This document shows positions 38,171-49,263 of a stretch of DNA of 64,000 nt, in pieces. The translations under genes were made by a program, and so were the position numbers. The DNA lies in assembly GCA_041738615.1 (NCBI GenBank), contig JBGSPL010000001.1, positions 158,564 to 222,563 of the forward strand. The letters run 5' to 3'. Below the pieces are notes generated by a model. It was not told where the DNA came from and did not search any database. It worked only from the letters and a program-made list of their open reading frames with translations. Each line of letters opens with the position of its first letter. Position 1 is the first letter of the stretch. The DNA is from Patescibacteria group bacterium. GTDB taxonomy: Bacteria; Patescibacteriota; CPR2; UBA1875; CAIMLA01.

Positions 38171-39396
38171 TACTCTACAAAAGTTAGGGCTTTGCCGAGA
38201 CTATGCCCTCGGCCAGTACGACCGATGCGGTGGACGTAATCATCATATGTCTTAGGGGTGGTGTAGTTGATTACATGAGAAACGTCCTTGATGTCCAGAC
38301 CACGAGCGGCAACGTCGGTTGCAACCAGGATCTTAATTCGTTCGTCCTTGAAGTCACGAAGTGCTTTCTGTCGCTGTCCTTGGCGTTTATCACCGTGGAT
38401 TGATTCTGCCTTGAAGCCATTCTCAATAAGCTCAACTGCTAGTCTCTCAACGTCACGCTTGGTTTCAGAGAAGATGATAACCTTCTCCATTTCGGGCTGA
38501 GCGAGAATCTCATGTAGTTTAGCTTTTTTGTCAAAACGAGTCGTCTTGATCACTTCCTGATGGACATTGACCGCAGTCTCGCCGCTACTGACCTTTACGG
38601 TAATAGGATTCTTAGCGAAACTCTCTGTGAGTCGCGCGATCTTCTCGGGCATAGTTGCCGAGAAAAAGAGACTCTGTCGCTCAACTGGTAGCTGAGAAAG
38701 GAAATATCGAATTTCATCGACAAAACCCATGTCTAACATGCGGTCTACTTCGTCTAATACGACATTGTTGAAGCTCGAGAACGTGATAAAACCACGGTTT
38801 GCAAGATCCTTTAGACGTCCTGGCGTACCGATAACAAAGTCCTGGCGCATACGCAGGGACGCTATCTGCTTACCAATTGGTAAGCCGCCGACACAAGAGG
38901 TATAAAATATCTTCATTCCCCAAGAGAATTTGCGCAGCTCATCCTCGATCTGGAGAGCGAGTTCACGTGTAGGTGCAATCACCAGCACTTTTTGTGAACG
39001 ATCCTGATAAACTTTGTTGATTAGAGGCAGCAAAAATGCAGCTGTCTTACCTGTACCAGTATTTGCAAGACCGATAAGGTCGCGACCTGCAATGATTGCT
39101 TCGATCGACTGGTCCTGGATAGGAGTCGGTACTCTATAGCCCTGTTTTACAAGATTGGCCTGCAAATGCTCGATGAAGGAAAAATCGGTAAATTTACTAG
39201 TTACTTCTACGACTGGTACTGGATTCGCGAGCGCTTTCTTGGCATTACGTTCGATAAAAGCGTGAATATCAATCTTGCTTTCACCTTTATTGCGGCCGTT
39301 CTTAGACGGACCGAAAGTTCTGTTTGATCCGCGCGAACGGAAATTGCTAGGGCTCTTCTTGATAAAAGACCCCTTAGAGGAGTTGATTTTTTGCAT
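38170..39396 (-). CDS. DEAD-box ATP-dependent RNA helicase
   Basis: 408 aa; Q-motif, Walker A ANTGTGKT, PTRELA, DEVD, SAT, HRIGRTGR; basic RS-rich N-terminal tail. Confidence 0.9.
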   Translation of the reverse strand: MQKINSSKGSFIKKSPSNFRSRGSNRTFGPSKNGRNKGESKIDIHAFIERNAKKALANPVPVVEVTSKFTDFSFIEHLQANLVKQGYRVPTPIQDQSIEAIIAGRDLIGLANTGTGKTAAFLLPLINKVYQDRSQKVLVIAPTRELALQIEDELRKFSWGMKIFYTSCVGGLPIGKQIASLRMRQDFVIGTPGRLKDLANRGFITFSSFNNVVLDEVDRMLDMGFVDEIRYFLSQLPVERQSLFFSATMPEKIARLTESFAKNPITVKVSSGETAVNVHQEVIKTTRFDKKAKLHEILAQPEMEKVIIFSETKRDVERLAVELIENGFKAESIHGDKRQGQRQKALRDFKDERIKILVATDVAARGLDIKDVSHVINYTTPKTYDDYVHRIGRTGRGHSLGKALTFVE

Positions 39397-39503
39397 GGTT
39401 TCCCTTTTCCGGCATTTACCGGTTATTACTTTTATCGATTCGATCTAGAGAACAAAGGAATCGCATAAGCAACCTGCAATCTATAGAACAAATTCGTTTT
39501 ACA

Positions 39504-39532
39504 ATAATAGCAGAAATATTAGTTATTGTCAA
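39504..39532 (-). promoter_or_regulatory. Sigma70-like promoter TTGACA-17-TATTAT for the DEAD-box helicase gene
   Basis: Perfect -35 and good -10 read on the minus strand right after the gmk stop. Confidence 0.5.
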
Positions 39533-39535
39533 TGA

Positions 39536-40114
39536 TTACTCTTCCTTGGATAAGTATTCCGCGACAATAGTTTCTATCATTTGTGCTGTAGTCTCAGGTT
39601 CACCCTCTATAGTAGTAATGCTGTGGTCAATTATATTTTGGGCATATGCGCGTTCTATTTCCAGCAGTTCCTTTTGTACAACCACTAGGCGCTCCGCTAT
39701 CTGAGCTTCATTCCAATTGCGTTCTGCGATTCTAGTCCTAGTATTCGCTACAATCGGGTCTGGCAGGGATAGATGGATAACCACCGCTTCTGGAATATGC
39801 TCTTTGAGCTCAGCTATCCTGTCAGTAGTCATATCGATAATGGCGTGTGAGCCTTCTAGCGTATCTAGCAAATCTGACCTACGACGACCGTAGTAATTAC
39901 TATTAAACACAGTGTACTCCAGCATCTCGCCGTTACTTACCATGTCCTCAAACTCTGATTTTGTGACGTGAATGTATTCGTCTGGATGCGTAGGACGAAC
40001 CGGTCGAGTAGTAATCGCAAATACACGGGCAAGTCCGTACTTCTCAACGAGTTTTTTTGAGTAATACGTCTTTCCCACACCAGTAGTGCCAATAAATACA
40101 AAAAGTTTCTTCAT
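39536..40114 (-). CDS. gmk: Guanylate kinase-like nucleoside monophosphate kinase
   Basis: 192 aa; P-loop GTTGVGKTY, ITTRPVRP...YG(R)RR lid-like segment. Confidence 0.7.
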   Translation of the reverse strand: MKKLFVFIGTTGVGKTYYSKKLVEKYGLARVFAITTRPVRPTHPDEYIHVTKSEFEDMVSNGEMLEYTVFNSNYYGRRRSDLLDTLEGSHAIIDMTTDRIAELKEHIPEAVVIHLSLPDPIVANTRTRIAERNWNEAQIAERLVVVQKELLEIERAYAQNIIDHSITTIEGEPETTAQMIETIVAEYLSKEE

Positions 40115-40151
40115 ATTCCAACTATTTTACAGATAAATCCTGTTAGTAGCA

Positions 40152-40184
40152 ATAAAAAAAGCCCCCAAAGGGGCTTTAAAAGTT
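40152..40184. terminator. Bidirectional terminator AAGCCCC-CAAA-GGGGCTT flanked by A7/T-run
   Basis: Seen directly between gmk start side and the NTF2-like gene stop. Confidence 0.6.
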
Positions 40185-40545
40185 ATTCTGAACAATACCA
40201 CTGGTGAAATTCGGTACATTTACCCGACTCGTCTAATTTAAACTCGAAGATTCCATCCAATTCTACTTTTTCACCACTGGGAACCCTGGTAAAATTCGCT
40301 TTCCAATTAGCGACACAAACCACATCGTTTTCACAGATAATATGGTATTTACACACTATAACTTCTTGCTCAAGTACACTTTGCCATTCGCTGATAAGCG
40401 CCGCCTGGTCATTGATTATTGGTACCGAAAAGGGTGTTTCATACCAAGAAAACTGCTCAGCAACGAGAGACTGAACCTCTTCTGGCTTCCTTTCCATCCA
40501 GATTCGACAGATATTATCGAGCCAGGAAGTGTACAGCTGATTCAC
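40183..40545 (-). CDS. Hypothetical NTF2/SnoaL-like small protein (120 aa)
   Basis: Size and alternating hydrophobic pattern fit the NTF2-like fold; weak. Confidence 0.4.
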   Translation of the reverse strand: MNQLYTSWLDNICRIWMERKPEEVQSLVAEQFSWYETPFSVPIINDQAALISEWQSVLEQEVIVCKYHIICENDVVCVANWKANFTRVPSGEKVELDGIFEFKLDESGKCTEFHQWYCSE

Positions 40546-40547
40546 GG

Positions 40548-41768
40548 CTATTTTATCCCTGGTACGGGCTTATCAACGACTAATTTTGCCACTTCGGCTC
40601 TCACTTCTTCGTAAATCGTCTCATTTTCCACGTTTCGGAGCGTTTTTACGATTAGCCCCGCCACTTTGGCCGCATCCTCCTCCTTGAAACCTCGTGTTGT
40701 AACTGCAGCTGTACCTACTCGGATGCCAGATGTTACGAATGGACTCTCTGGATCGTTTGGAATTGCGTTCTTGTTTACCGTAATATGAACCCTGTCGAGC
40801 TCCTTTTCCGCTACCTTACCTGTAACGCTAAGACTACGCAAGTCTAGGAGTAGAAGGTGGTTGTCAGAGCCGCCAGAAACCATATTCACGCCCTCTGCTT
40901 CAAAAACGCGTTGCATGGCCTGTACGTTGGCCACAACCTGCTTTGCATACTGTGTAAACTCAGGCTTTAGGGCCTCGCCGAAGCAAATGGCCTTGGCAGC
41001 GATAATGTGCTCCAGGGGACCACCTTGCATCCCAGGGAAAACGGCCTTATCTACGGCCTTCGCATATTTTTCTTTACAAAGAATTACTCCACCACGCGGA
41101 CCGCGTAGGGTTTTGTGAGTTGTGGTAGTAACGATATCGGCATAAGGTACTGGGGAAGGGTGAATACCTGTAGCCACTAGTCCGGCAATATGGGCCATAT
41201 CCACCATTAGCATTGCCCCTACCTTGTCGGCAATCTCACGAAATCGCTTGAAGTCTATCTCACGTGGATAGGCACTGGCACCGGCCACAATGAGCTTGGG
41301 CTTGTGTTCTAGCGCAAGCTTCTCAATGTTATCATAATCAAGATAACCCTCTGCCGTCAGACCATAGGCTACAAAGTTATAAAACTTACCCGAGAAGTTT
41401 ACCGGACAACCGTGAGTCAGGTGACCTCCCTGATCAAGAGCCTGGCCCATTACGGTGTCCCCTAACTCGATGATTGCAAAGTAGGCAGCGATATTGGCGC
41501 TGGCACCACTATGTGGTTGGACATTGGCGTGTTCCGCTCCGAAGAGCTTCTTTACTCGATCTCTAGCCAGGTCCTCTACTCGATCGATATATTCACATCC
41601 CCCGTAGTAGCGGTGTGATGGTGTGCCCTCGGCGTACTTGTTGGTAAGAATTGATCCAGCTGCTGCTAATATCTCTTCTGAGACATAATTCTCGCTGGCA
41701 ATTAGCTCTATTCCGTTTTTTTGGCGACCTTTCTCGAGGTCTATGATGTCAAAAATCTCTGTATCCAT
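40548..41768 (-). CDS. glyA: Serine hydroxymethyltransferase
   Basis: [12 protein letters not shown]-Lys context [14 protein letters not shown]; start at [12 protein letters not shown] makes it abut the CYTH gene stop. Confidence 0.93.
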   Translation of the reverse strand: MDTEIFDIIDLEKGRQKNGIELIASENYVSEEILAAAGSILTNKYAEGTPSHRYYGGCEYIDRVEDLARDRVKKLFGAEHANVQPHSGASANIAAYFAIIELGDTVMGQALDQGGHLTHGCPVNFSGKFYNFVAYGLTAEGYLDYDNIEKLALEHKPKLIVAGASAYPREIDFKRFREIADKVGAMLMVDMAHIAGLVATGIHPSPVPYADIVTTTTHKTLRGPRGGVILCKEKYAKAVDKAVFPGMQGGPLEHIIAAKAICFGEALKPEFTQYAKQVVANVQAMQRVFEAEGVNMVSGGSDNHLLLLDLRSLSVTGKVAEKELDRVHITVNKNAIPNDPESPFVTSGIRVGTAAVTTRGFKEEDAAKVAGLIVKTLRNVENETIYEEVRAEVAKLVVDKPVPGIK

Positions 41769-41769
41769 C

Positions 41770-42360
41770 TCATTCTCCTTGTTTATCGTACTGATAAACT
41801 TCATTACTTTCTGCGTTTAGGCGGTCTATGTAGTCGTGGAAGCCTTCCTCTGAAAACACCTTGAGCCCAAGCTCCTCAAGAACCGTCTCGATGTTCTTTT
41901 TTACCAAATCATGATCCGAATCATAGGGAGCGACAATCTCTGCCTCGAAGTAGTAACTGTGGCCAGGAACTTCGACAAGAGCCACTTCCACACCTTTGTA
42001 ATCGTAGGCGAAGGTGTGACGGTTACCCTTGATTGCCTTCACGAATCCCATTTCTCCAAAAATCTTTAACAGCCGTTCCGTGCTACCCCGCTCTGTCATT
42101 ACAGATATTTCTTCGCGGTGGTCGGAACCTTGCCAGGTGCCAAGCTTCAATATTACTTCTGGGTTACCATTAGTTTCGCGAATGCGGAAGTCCTTGGTTC
42201 GTCCTCTCAGTCCCTCTCCTTCTATGAAGGTCGAGAAGTCGTAGAATATTCTATTCTTTTCTTCTTTGAAGGTCCCCTTTTCGTCTAAGAATTCCTTGGT
42301 TTTGGCGTACTTCTGCCCGTCTATCTCCCCGCGTAGCTCAATCTCAAAATCAGCAATCAT
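41770..42360 (-). CDS. CYTH-domain protein (CyaB/triphosphate tunnel metalloenzyme family)
   Basis: 196 aa; N-terminal EIELRGEI (EXEXK-like) motif and alternating charged beta-strand pattern. Confidence 0.65.
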   Translation of the reverse strand: MIADFEIELRGEIDGQKYAKTKEFLDEKGTFKEEKNRIFYDFSTFIEGEGLRGRTKDFRIRETNGNPEVILKLGTWQGSDHREEISVMTERGSTERLLKIFGEMGFVKAIKGNRHTFAYDYKGVEVALVEVPGHSYYFEAEIVAPYDSDHDLVKKNIETVLEELGLKVFSEEGFHDYIDRLNAESNEVYQYDKQGE

Positions 42361-42401
42361 AGAGTACTCCTACTAATAAAAAATATTTGTGTTCCCAATA
42401 A

Positions 42402-43226
42402 TCATAGCTCACCTGCTTTCACAACGTTTGAAAGCAGCATCGAAACTGTCATCGGACCTACCCCTCCTGGGCTGGGGGTGACATATGCCGCTTTTTTCAT
42501 AACATTCTTGTAGTCCACGTCCCCAACAATCTTACCCTGGTAAAAGGAAGTGCCGATGTCGATAACGACAGCACCATCCTTTATCATGTCTGCCTTCACT
42601 AAGTTCCGTTTTCCAACGGCCGAGATGACGATATCTGATTCGGAAGTGATTGCCTTTAAGTTTTTGGTAAGGCTGTTTGCACTTAGAACCGTTGCTTCTT
42701 CGTTTAGGAGCATCTGCGCTAGCGGGCGACCTACAAGGTTACTCTGACCGATCACTGCAACCCTCTTACCGGCTATATCTATCTGATAATAACGAAGTAA
42801 ATTGATCACTCCCTCTGGAGTCGCCGGGTAGAGTCCAGGTAGCCCCTTGATCAGTCTGCCTAAATTTACCGAAGACAAACCATCCACGTCCTTGTTTGGG
42901 GCAATTGCCTCTAGGAGCTCGTTTGGAACGTAGTCTCCGGGAAGTGGTAGCTGTATCAAAATTCCAGTAGTCTTCTTGTCTCTGTTCAGCTTGGCAATGA
43001 GCTTCAAAACATCTGCCTGTTTGCCGGCTGAATCAAAACGCCAAAGGGTCATGGTGATTCCAACCCTCTCGCAAGCCTGCCTCTTGAGTTGGACGTACTT
43101 TTCACTGGCGGGGTCGTCCCCTATCAGAATTACAGCCAAGGAATACTTACGTTTCGATAACAAAGCAGCCTCTTTCACACCTTCTTCAATTGTCTTAGCT
43201 AGCTCACGGCCAGACATCTCTGTCAT
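42402..43226 (-). CDS. folD: Bifunctional methylene-THF dehydrogenase/methenyl-THF cyclohydrolase
   Basis: 274 aa; LAVILIGDDPASEKYV, ILIQLPLP, GRSNLVGRPLAQ. Confidence 0.9.
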   Translation of the reverse strand: MTEMSGRELAKTIEEGVKEAALLSKRKYSLAVILIGDDPASEKYVQLKRQACERVGITMTLWRFDSAGKQADVLKLIAKLNRDKKTTGILIQLPLPGDYVPNELLEAIAPNKDVDGLSSVNLGRLIKGLPGLYPATPEGVINLLRYYQIDIAGKRVAVIGQSNLVGRPLAQMLLNEEATVLSANSLTKNLKAITSESDIVISAVGKRNLVKADMIKDGAVVIDIGTSFYQGKIVGDVDYKNVMKKAAYVTPSPGGVGPMTVSMLLSNVVKAGEL

Positions 43227-43723
43227 TTTCTCTCCAATACTACATACTTGAGTTTATACCCACCAGATTGAGAGTCAACTGATTCTGTCTCTTGGAATTC
43301 CTCAGAATATTCTGGGAAGAAAGTGTCTGCATCGTCAATTTCAGCATCCACAACGGTAAGGTATAGTCTGTCGGCGTCCTTAATTGCCTGTGAGTAAACA
43401 TAGCCACCGCCTATGACGAATATTTCGCTATCGTCACTCAGGGCTGCAACTTCGTATGCTTCTTGTAGACTGTGAGTAACGGTGGCACCAGGGATTTCGA
43501 TATTTTCTGGCGTTAAAACAACATTGAGCCTGCCCGGGAGCAAGAAAGGTAATGACTGGTAGGTCTTGTATCCCATAATCACAGGGTGACCATGCGTAAT
43601 CTTCTTAAAATGAGCCAAATCTTCGGGTAGTTCAAACAGTAACTGGTTGTTGCGTCCGATTGCCCTATTACCAGCAGCTACAACTGCTATCATGCTAATT
43701 GTTGGTTTCTTTTCATTATTCAA
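43223..43723 (-). CDS. folA: Dihydrofolate reductase
   Basis: MIAVVAAGNRAIGRNNQLLFELPEDLAHFKKITHGHPVIMGYKTY; likely TTG start 8 nt after AAGGAG. Confidence 0.85.
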   Translation of the reverse strand: MNNEKKPTISMIAVVAAGNRAIGRNNQLLFELPEDLAHFKKITHGHPVIMGYKTYQSLPFLLPGRLNVVLTPENIEIPGATVTHSLQEAYEVAALSDDSEIFVIGGGYVYSQAIKDADRLYLTVVDAEIDDADTFFPEYSEEFQETESVDSQSGGYKLKYVVLERK

Positions 43724-43727
43724 GACA

Positions 43728-44783
43728 TTACTCCTTAGGGTCGGCACAAGCATCTGGCTTTTTTTCTTCAAACCCACCTATATTGGCAATCTCGGCCTTA
43801 ATTGCCGCGTGAGATTCGTAGCCAACAAGCTCGATGTCCTCGAACTTAAAATCGTCAATATTTTTGATCTCAGGATTTAGCTTTACTGTCGGAAAGGCAA
43901 AAGGTTCCCTGGATAACTGCTCGTTCACCGCATCAAAATGGTTGCTATAGATGTGAACGTCGCCAAAGGAATGAACAAATTCACCGGGTTCTAGGCCTGT
44001 GACTTGCGCCACCATCAGAAGTAGAAGGGCGTAGCTGGCGATATTGAAGGGTACTCCCAAAAAGGAGTCTGCACTACGCTGATACAGGCCCAAATTTAGC
44101 TTATTACCATCCGTGACTGCAAACTGGAAAGTGGTGTGGCAAAATGGTGGTACTTGACTTTTGTTCTTTTCTGAGGCCATGGCATAGATAAAATCGGGAT
44201 TCCAAGCAGAGACGACATAGGATTTCCGAAAAGGCTTGTCTTTTAGCCCCTGGATTACCCATCCGAGCTGGTCTATCTCTCTGCCGTCGGATGCAGGCCA
44301 ACGTCGCCACATTCTACCGTAAATGGTAACAAGGTCACCCCACTTAACCACAAATGGGTCATCTGCAGGCAGGGACTTGAGCTTGGCAATAAACTCTTTC
44401 TGTTCGAGGTCGTTCCCTCGGTCGTTCTTCACGCAATGCATGTGGTAGTGTTTCCATGCCCATTCGTCCCAAATATGGACATCGTGGTCTACTAGATACT
44501 TGATATTTGAAGATCCAGATAGGAACCAAAGTAGTTCCTCGATGATTCCCCTCATAAAAACTTTTTTGGTAGTGAGGACAGGGAGTCCTTTACTCAGATC
44601 GAATCTTATCTGACGACCAAAGACAGAGCGAATAAATGGTGGCTGCTCTCCCTTTGCGGCGTACTGGTCGCGGACCTCCTGATTAAAAAACACTTCCTTG
44701 TCGGATCCGTTATCTAAAATATCCTGCAAAAGGTTTAGATATTGATATTCTGGGTGTTTCTTCTCTGCCATGATTCGCTCCAA
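43728..44783 (-). CDS. thyA: Thymidylate synthase (ThyA, long form)
   Basis: 351 aa; ...[14 protein letters not shown]..., catalytic Cys region [17 protein letters not shown]. Confidence 0.9.
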   Translation of the reverse strand: MERIMAEKKHPEYQYLNLLQDILDNGSDKEVFFNQEVRDQYAAKGEQPPFIRSVFGRQIRFDLSKGLPVLTTKKVFMRGIIEELLWFLSGSSNIKYLVDHDVHIWDEWAWKHYHMHCVKNDRGNDLEQKEFIAKLKSLPADDPFVVKWGDLVTIYGRMWRRWPASDGREIDQLGWVIQGLKDKPFRKSYVVSAWNPDFIYAMASEKNKSQVPPFCHTTFQFAVTDGNKLNLGLYQRSADSFLGVPFNIASYALLLLMVAQVTGLEPGEFVHSFGDVHIYSNHFDAVNEQLSREPFAFPTVKLNPEIKNIDDFKFEDIELVGYESHAAIKAEIANIGGFEEKKPDACADPKE

Positions 44784-44788
44784 TCTAG

Positions 44789-45328
44789 TTACACTTGTAC
44801 TTCTTGTCCGTCAGTAGTGACTCTGCCGCCTTGCCACTGACCACGATAGAGGTGGGTAGCGCCGTTTACCTCGTGAAAAACAACGTGACAGAGACGAGCA
44901 CCCATCTCGAGCTTTACTTCGCATGGACCAACATTTGCAAACGCGAAGGTTAGCTCTCCTGAGTAACCAGGACCACCCAAAGCCGAGCGAAACATCAGTC
45001 CCATTCGCTGCATTGTCGAACGCGGCTTGAACTCAGCTACTAAATTATCTGGAATATTTACTTTCTCAATGGTCTTAAAGAGGAAATAGTCCCCTGGTTT
45101 TACAACGAATGTTGTGACTTCACCCTCGGTATATTTGGCAACCGATTCGATATCACAAGTCTTCCGTTCTGTCTCGCCTAGGTAACCCTCGCCCGAAATC
45201 TTAAAGAGTTCACCTACACGTAGGTCGAAGCCTGTTCCCTCTGGATTCGTAAGCTCCCGCTCGCACAGATTCTCCACCAAATTATCGCTTTTCACAAGCT
45301 CGAGCAACTTATCAACACCAAGTACCAT
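44789..45328 (-). CDS. dcd: dCTP deaminase / dUTPase-superfamily protein
   Basis: 179 aa; jelly-roll dUTPase-like motifs ([20 protein letters not shown]). Confidence 0.7.
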   Translation of the reverse strand: MVLGVDKLLELVKSDNLVENLCERELTNPEGTGFDLRVGELFKISGEGYLGETERKTCDIESVAKYTEGEVTTFVVKPGDYFLFKTIEKVNIPDNLVAEFKPRSTMQRMGLMFRSALGGPGYSGELTFAFANVGPCEVKLEMGARLCHVVFHEVNGATHLYRGQWQGGRVTTDGQEVQV

Positions 45329-45996
45329 TATTTCTCCTCCATATTCTTAGGTTTTCCGTATACCAGTTCATTTCCTGCTGTTTTGCCGTTTTCATCGCGT
45401 TTTATCAGATGCTCCAATGATTTGTATAGCGCGGCCGCGACTCTATCCTTCGGAATCATTTCGGTCTCTACGCCAGCCTCTTCCAACAATTGATCGCTAA
45501 ATGAGCTGTTCGGGAGCTTCTCGGTGTAAACAATCTTCTTGATCCCGGCATTTATAAGGAGCCTCGTGCAATCCACGCAAGGAAAAGCTATAGTGTACAT
45601 TATTGAGTCCTTCGTCGGCGCGCCACCGTTGAAAGCCACGCTAACAATAGCGTTGGCCTCTGCGTGTGTAGCAAGACAGTTGTGATACATCTTGTCATTC
45701 TTATCGGTTCTGGCCGCCTCTCGCATACAACCAACACCACGTTCGATGCAGTCCCGAACGCCTTTAGGGGCGCCATTATAACCAATACCGATTAGGGCCT
45801 TGTCTTTCACAAGAACCGCACCAAGCTGCCTGTCGAGACAGGTACTACGAACCGAAATGTAATAGCACATTCCCATCCAGTAAATATCAAAATCAGCACG
45901 TTCGCCTACGAGGTGAGCAAGCTCATCGGGGATTTTAACCATATCACGGAGTTCTTTGGTAGTGATACTACCATCTGCGTTCGGAGTCATAGCCAC
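45328..45996 (-). CDS. dCMP deaminase (cytidine/deoxycytidylate deaminase family) with ~80-aa N-terminal extension
   Basis: HAEANAIV...PCVDCTRLL zinc-binding CDA motifs. Confidence 0.85.
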   Translation of the reverse strand: MAMTPNADGSITTKELRDMVKIPDELAHLVGERADFDIYWMGMCYYISVRSTCLDRQLGAVLVKDKALIGIGYNGAPKGVRDCIERGVGCMREAARTDKNDKMYHNCLATHAEANAIVSVAFNGGAPTKDSIMYTIAFPCVDCTRLLINAGIKKIVYTEKLPNSSFSDQLLEEAGVETEMIPKDRVAAALYKSLEHLIKRDENGKTAGNELVYGKPKNMEEK

Positions 45997-46051
45997 CTCA
46001 AGTTATCAGTACTCACTATTTTACAGGATTAAAAGACTGAAATAAAGGCGA

Positions 46052-47986
46052 TTAACGCGAATAATACCACTTTAATACATCATGGGCCGCCGGTGCTGCA
46101 TAGACATCACCACCCCCGGCTCCTTCTATAAGAATTGCCATGGCGATTGGGTTTGTGGCGTCCTTGGAAAAACAAATAAACCAAGCATGTGATTTGCTAT
46201 TATTCGGTCCGTACTGGGCCGTTCCCGTTTTTGCATACATTTCCACTGGGATGTCCTGCAGAACTCGTCCAGACCCAGCTGTGACGGTTTCACGCATTGC
46301 TCGTTGTACTATATCCATAGTTTCTGATTTGACAATATTCTTACGGATAACTTTTCCTGTTTTCGTCTCTATTGTCTTCCCATCTCCATTTAGAATCTGA
46401 TTTACAAAGGTTGGCTCATAGAGCGTGCCGCCGCTAGCAATAGCCGCTGTGGCGTTCGCCATCTGCAAGGGCGTTACAAGTACGTCTCCCTGACCAATTG
46501 CCATGTGGTAAGTATCTCCTAGGTACCAAGGCTCATTGAAGAGACGCAGCTTCCAGTCTGGATCAGGAATACTCCCCTTGGCTTCCCCTCCGATGTCAAT
46601 CCCGGAGTAGGCATTGAAGCCAAACTTGTCGAGATAGCTCTTTATCTTGTCTGGACCAAGCCCCTTGATCTCACCATAACCACCGCCAATAGCATAGAAG
46701 AAAGTATTTACAGACTCGGCTATAGCTTTTAAGACATTTGTTGTACCGTGACCCCCGGCCTTCCAATCAGGGAAAGTAAAATCACCTATCTTGATGCCGC
46801 CTGTTGAGCTTACCGTTGTACCTTCGTTTATATACCCTTCCTCAAGCGAGGCTGCAGCAACAAATGGTTTGATTGTGGAACCGGATGGATACTCACCAGC
46901 GGCCGCCCTGTTTAATAGGGGTGTGTCCTCGTCTTCTAGGAGCTTATTGTAAGCATCTGTACTAATACCATTGGCGAAAAGATTGTTGTCATATGTCGGC
47001 AGACTAGCCATTGCGAGCACCTGACCGTTGCTTGGATTAATTGCAACGGCAGTAGCGCGCTTTACATTTGCTTTCCCCATCTGCACCTTCAGAGAATCCA
47101 CTAGGTGTTGTTGGAGCTCAAAGTCAATTGAGAGCTTGATCCCATTACCTGGTGTGGGCTCTACCCTACCGAGTACGTTCTTTACTTTGCCTGTCGAATC
47201 CACCTCATAGCGATCGCTGCCCATCTTACCACGAAGTTTCGACTCATATGATTTTTCTAAACCCGACTTACCAATGTAATCTGTGAGCAAATAATCACCA
47301 CCAGCTCTCTTCAGCTCCTCGGCCGAAATTCTACCCACATATCCAAAAACGTGTGAGAGTAGTCCACCGTCAAGGTATTCACGAATTGGATTCACTTCTA
47401 TGTGGATACCTGGAAGATTAGCAATTCTAGACTCAAACAGAATAGATTGATCCTTCGTAAGATTCTTGGCAAGCAGCACTGGTTGAGTAGAGTGTTCCCC
47501 GTTCACAGCTATTTTCTTCTTCAGTTCTTGGGTAGCAGTCCCGGAAATATTTGCTATCTCGGCGAGAGTTTTTTCGCGTTCCTTGGGGTCAAGAGGTAGG
47601 TCGCTAGGAGTAACGGAGAGGTCATAATTGGGGACGTTCTTAACAAGAGCTTTGCCCTTCGTATCGAAAATAATACCCCTGGGCGCTCTAATCGGAATAT
47701 CGTGTACGTAGTTATTCTCTGCCTTTGACAGGTTATTTTTGCCACTGATGACTTCCATGGTGAATAACCTACCCGCAAGAACGGTTAAAAGTAATAGCGA
47801 GATCCCAATTATCGCTATAAATGGCTCGTGTTTTCGGTCGTTCTCTATATTGGGAGCTTCTGCGTCCGCTGGCATGATGTGTTGCAGCCATCTTTCGGAA
47901 TTGGCAGCCTTTGGTGTGGCAATCTGCCAACGCTTGCTCCCTCCCTCAAGATATACTAGTTTTTTAAAGATATCCTTGTTTCTCAT
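46052..47986 (-). CDS. mrdA: Class B penicillin-binding protein 2 (peptidoglycan D,D-transpeptidase)
   Basis: 644 aa; N-terminal TM, dimerisation domain, STIKP, SSN, KTGT. Confidence 0.9.
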   Translation of the reverse strand: MRNKDIFKKLVYLEGGSKRWQIATPKAANSERWLQHIMPADAEAPNIENDRKHEPFIAIIGISLLLLTVLAGRLFTMEVISGKNNLSKAENNYVHDIPIRAPRGIIFDTKGKALVKNVPNYDLSVTPSDLPLDPKEREKTLAEIANISGTATQELKKKIAVNGEHSTQPVLLAKNLTKDQSILFESRIANLPGIHIEVNPIREYLDGGLLSHVFGYVGRISAEELKRAGGDYLLTDYIGKSGLEKSYESKLRGKMGSDRYEVDSTGKVKNVLGRVEPTPGNGIKLSIDFELQQHLVDSLKVQMGKANVKRATAVAINPSNGQVLAMASLPTYDNNLFANGISTDAYNKLLEDEDTPLLNRAAAGEYPSGSTIKPFVAAASLEEGYINEGTTVSSTGGIKIGDFTFPDWKAGGHGTTNVLKAIAESVNTFFYAIGGGYGEIKGLGPDKIKSYLDKFGFNAYSGIDIGGEAKGSIPDPDWKLRLFNEPWYLGDTYHMAIGQGDVLVTPLQMANATAAIASGGTLYEPTFVNQILNGDGKTIETKTGKVIRKNIVKSETMDIVQRAMRETVTAGSGRVLQDIPVEMYAKTGTAQYGPNNSKSHAWFICFSKDATNPIAMAILIEGAGGGDVYAAPAAHDVLKWYYSR

Positions 47987-48483
47987 TATCTAAATCTTTC
48001 CGAAGTAAATTTCTCCACCCAGTCAAAATAGGGCGTTAAGGCACGATATAGAACTAGTTGCCAGACAAAAAGAAAGAGTAAATTGGTTGCTAACTGTAAG
48101 TACAAACCCGAGTGAGTTAAATTTGCACCAATCCTTTGCCAGTCAGAAAACAGAATCAAGCCATAGCCCATCAGGGTGAGTAGCCATCCCGTACGCTCGA
48201 CTCCGTAGCTTGTAATCTTTGAGAAGAAGCTCTTACCAACCATTGTGACCAGGAGAAACGTTACGGAAAACACAGGGAAGGAAGAGGCCGTCAAGGTGTC
48301 GTAGTAAACCCCTAGGGTAACCGCCAATAGGTAGGAAAAGATGGTTTTATCCTTGAGTGAATAGATTGACAGAAAAGGTAAGACAAAAACTATTTGGGCA
48401 ATAGGCATCCAAAAATGAGGTAGCAAACTTACGTTTACAACACTAATTCCGAAGGCTATCAAAAAAGCAGAGAAATATAACAT
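47986..48483 (-). CDS. mreD: Rod shape-determining protein MreD (candidate)
   Basis: 165 aa polytopic membrane protein between mrdA and mreC. Confidence 0.6.
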   Translation of the reverse strand: MLYFSAFLIAFGISVVNVSLLPHFWMPIAQIVFVLPFLSIYSLKDKTIFSYLLAVTLGVYYDTLTASSFPVFSVTFLLVTMVGKSFFSKITSYGVERTGWLLTLMGYGLILFSDWQRIGANLTHSGLYLQLATNLLFLFVWQLVLYRALTPYFDWVEKFTSERFR

Positions 48484-49262
48484 TATTTAGCAATCATCAC
48501 CCTTTCGATCTTTGAAAAATCAATCATTGGCAGTAATTCTACGTTTTGAAAAATAGAACCGGAAGCCTTTGATATTTCTCCGACCTTTGCAATAATTATC
48601 CCCTTTGGTAAATCGCCGCCTAACCCAGATGTGACTACAAGGTCGTTTTCGGCTACACCTTCGCTCTGCGGAACCTGATCCATCATCAAACCGTTTCCAA
48701 TAATACCCTTCGCAATACCCGTGATATCCTTGCCAAGAATCACTGCAGGTACAGCGCTAACGCTATCGACAATCAGGCTAACCTTTACGATGTTGCCGTT
48801 AATTTCTGTTACTTTCCCTATCAAGAAACCCTCTGCTACTACTGGCCTGCCTTTAGTAATACCAGCCGTAGAGTCTACGCGAACGTTGATTCCACTCCTT
48901 AGGGTAGGATCGAAAGACACCACAGTCGCTGGGGTCAAATCCAAATTACTACTGTTTTTAAACCCCAAGTCCTTACGCAAGGATTCGTTCTCGTCTTTGG
49001 CTGTCTTTATCGACGATATCTCTGAGAGGGCGGTACTCAGCTTATCCTTGAGGGACGAGTTTTCTTTTTGAAGATTACCAATATTACCTATTCCAGAAAA
49101 AAACCCTGAAATATAATTACCAGTGTCACTAATAACAATACCAACCGGCGAGAGTACGGTGGAGAACCAACTACCTACTCCTAGGTGCAATGTCGAGTCC
49201 GCAAAAAGCAATCCAAGGAGCAAAAAGACCGTAAAGATGCTTGCATAAAGTTTATTTTGCAT
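48483..49262 (-). CDS. mreC: Rod shape-determining protein MreC
   Basis: 259 aa; N-terminal TM, coiled coil, beta-rich C-terminal domains. Confidence 0.82.
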   Translation of the reverse strand: MQNKLYASIFTVFLLLGLLFADSTLHLGVGSWFSTVLSPVGIVISDTGNYISGFFSGIGNIGNLQKENSSLKDKLSTALSEISSIKTAKDENESLRKDLGFKNSSNLDLTPATVVSFDPTLRSGINVRVDSTAGITKGRPVVAEGFLIGKVTEINGNIVKVSLIVDSVSAVPAVILGKDITGIAKGIIGNGLMMDQVPQSEGVAENDLVVTSGLGGDLPKGIIIAKVGEISKASGSIFQNVELLPMIDFSKIERVMIAK

Positions 49263-49263
49263 A

